DNA from: a virus
Lineage: Duplodnaviria > Caudoviricetes
IMG/VR virus record: IMGVR_UViG_3300037467_002472
Span: 1-36,300 of that record
Strand: one strand, 5' to 3'
Length of the DNA: 36,300 nucleotides
Every line of letters begins with the position of its first letter. Positions within the stretch are counted from its first letter, which is position 1. A program made the translations under genes and the position numbers. Under the pieces are notes generated by a model, which saw only the letters and a program-made list of their open reading frames with translations, did no database searches and had not been told where the DNA came from. Of this stretch, positions 35,160-36,300 are shown piece by piece.

Positions 35160-35429
35160 TCACTTCCCCTCGTTCTGCTGCTTCTGCTTCGCCAGCGTTC
35201 GCATCTGCCTGCGGCACATGCCGGCCGGCTCGACGTCGTAGCGCTGCCGGCTGGGCTCCGGCGGGTAGACCACCACCACCTGCCAGGCCCCGCGCATCTG
35301 GCCATGACCGGCTTCCTTGAGCTGGTCGTTGTTGCCGATCCGGATGATGGCCCCCTTCTCGAGACGGACGTGGTTGGGATCGTCGATGGTGATCGTCATC
35401 CGGCCGGACGGCGGATTCGTGGCGGTCAT
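35160..35429 (-). CDS. Hypothetical protein
   Basis: Start MTATNPP at 35429 overlapping upstream TGA. Confidence 0.6.
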   Translation of the reverse strand: MTATNPPSGRMTITIDDPNHVRLEKGAIIRIGNNDQLKEAGHGQMRGAWQVVVVYPPEPSRQRYDVEPAGMCRRQMRTLAKQKQQNEGK

Positions 35430-35620
35430 CGCAGTTCCTTCCACGTTCGCCAGACGTGATACGGCCACGCATATGCCAACCAGCGCGCCTGTCGAGTTGC
35501 CTCCGCTTCGGTCACGATTGGGCGATGGGCCTGTCGCGCCATCCCCATCAAGAACACGCCGCCCACCGCCAGGTAAGCGCCGAAGACGATCAAGATAATG
35601 CCCGCAGTGATGAGGATCAC
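35426..35620 (-). CDS. Hypothetical membrane protein
   Basis: N-terminal TM ILITAGIILIVFGAYLAVGGVFL. Confidence 0.65.
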   Translation of the reverse strand: MILITAGIILIVFGAYLAVGGVFLMGMARQAHRPIVTEAEATRQARWLAYAWPYHVWRTWKELR

Positions 35621-35814
35621 GCTCGCCTCCTCGGCCCATTGCAGCGGGCGGCCTCGCTCTCGATCAGCTCACGCGACCACTGCGGCATCCGCTCGAGCTG
35701 CTCCGGCGTGAAGTAGACGCCCCTGCCCTCGTGATAGACCTTCGATGCGAGGCGGGCGATCACCTCGGGATCGGGCTGGCGCACCTCGTGCTCGCGGTAG
35801 CGGGAGCGGTTCAT
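35617..35814 (-). CDS. Hypothetical protein
   Basis: 4-nt coupled overlaps on both sides. Confidence 0.65.
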   Translation of the reverse strand: MNRSRYREHEVRQPDPEVIARLASKVYHEGRGVYFTPEQLERMPQWSRELIESEAARCNGPRRRA

Positions 35815-36002
35815 CCGACGGTGGGCTCCGGCCAGCGCTGACGGGCAACGGGCACGCGAACGATTAGCTTTAGCCCGCGTTGCTTGAGCCCCGCCTTGAA
35901 GTTGGCGAGGCCCTTCGCGTCGTGTCTAGACCAGACGCGGAAGCAGTCCTTGCTGATACGGACGTTGCCGGTCGGCTGGTGGATGGGCTTCGTTTCGATC
36001 AC
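35811..36002 (-). CDS. Hypothetical protein
   Basis: 4-nt coupled overlaps on both sides. Confidence 0.55.
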   Translation of the reverse strand: MIETKPIHQPTGNVRISKDCFRVWSRHDAKGLANFKAGLKQRGLKLIVRVPVARQRWPEPTVG

Positions 36003-36190
36003 GGCTTCCTCCGTCCCGTCAGATCGAAGCCAATCGGCTGCCGGACCTTCACGATCTTGTTGCCCTCCGCGTCGAGTAAGCCGGTGTCGTGCACTTGCTC
36101 GGGCTCATACACGACGTAGTTCTGCAGCATGGCGCCGTCATAGTCGGCCCAACGCTGCTGGCGCGCTGGCCGGCGCTTCGTGTCGGTCAC
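35999..36190 (-). CDS. Hypothetical protein
   Basis: DTGLLDAEGNKIVKVRQPIGF motif; GTG start at 36190 overlapping upstream TGA. Confidence 0.65.
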   Translation of the reverse strand: MTDTKRRPARQQRWADYDGAMLQNYVVYEPEQVHDTGLLDAEGNKIVKVRQPIGFDLTGRRKP

Positions 36191-36300
36191 GGCGTCACCT
36201 TCGGCATTAATCTCGGGACCGGCCTCTGCCCGCTGCCGCCGCACTTCACGCAGCGGTGATTCCCGCAGTCATGGCAGGCGTAGAAGGCCTGGGTGAGCAC
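36187..36300 (-). CDS. 3' end of zinc-finger protein (5' truncated by window edge)
   Basis: ..YACHDCGNHRCVKCGGSGQRPVPRLMPKVTP* (CxxC, CxxCxGxG). Confidence 0.55.
   Translation of the reverse strand: MLTQAFYACHDCGNHRCVKCGGSGQRPVPRLMPKVTP

Larger units (their letters stand above)
1..36300 (-). mobile_element. Prophage/phage segment: late operon of a short-tailed myovirus (Bcep781-like gene order) plus upstream small genes; both ends lie outside the window
   Basis: Contiguous co-oriented terminase-portal-capsid-sheath-tube-tape measure-baseplate-fibre-lysis genes with overlapping start/stop codons; no host housekeeping genes. Confidence 0.95.

Noticed and set aside
1-36300. CRISPR array, integrase or att site (tRNA as attachment site)
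   Set aside because: No regularly spaced repeats or recombinase; the tRNA is internal to the late operon and no duplicate of its 3' end was seen

Overview
The whole window is one segment of a tailed (pro)phage from a GC-rich host, probably an alphaproteobacterium (inferred from DUF6127-like and GTA spike-base-like genes). Almost every gene is on the minus strand. Read right to left: a cluster of small middle genes with an RHH regulator and its operator; a solo tnpB (no tnpA) with all RuvC catalytic residues and a predicted omegaRNA hairpin; a promoter and structured leader ahead of a phage NusG/RfaH-type antiterminator; a metallopeptidase, terS and terL; a two-hairpin RNA and an initiator-like tRNA-Met(CAT); the portal; a MuF-like protein; a Nudix-prohead protease/scaffold fusion; decoration protein and major capsid; neck; a short contractile (Bcep781-like) tail with a -1 frameshifted chaperone and a tape measure carrying an SLT domain; baseplate; tail fibre; a beta-helix tailspike with a Sec-type signal peptide; and a lysis cassette (holin-like gene, GH19 endolysin, TM-lipobox fusion). 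The most unusual signal is one ~70-80 aa beta-module (W..G..T.TT..AHG...G....ISG.TP.GYNGT) inserted into five different virion proteins, in places nested inside other domains. No integrase, att site or CRISPR array is visible. Family names come from motif recognition and synteny, not from database searches.
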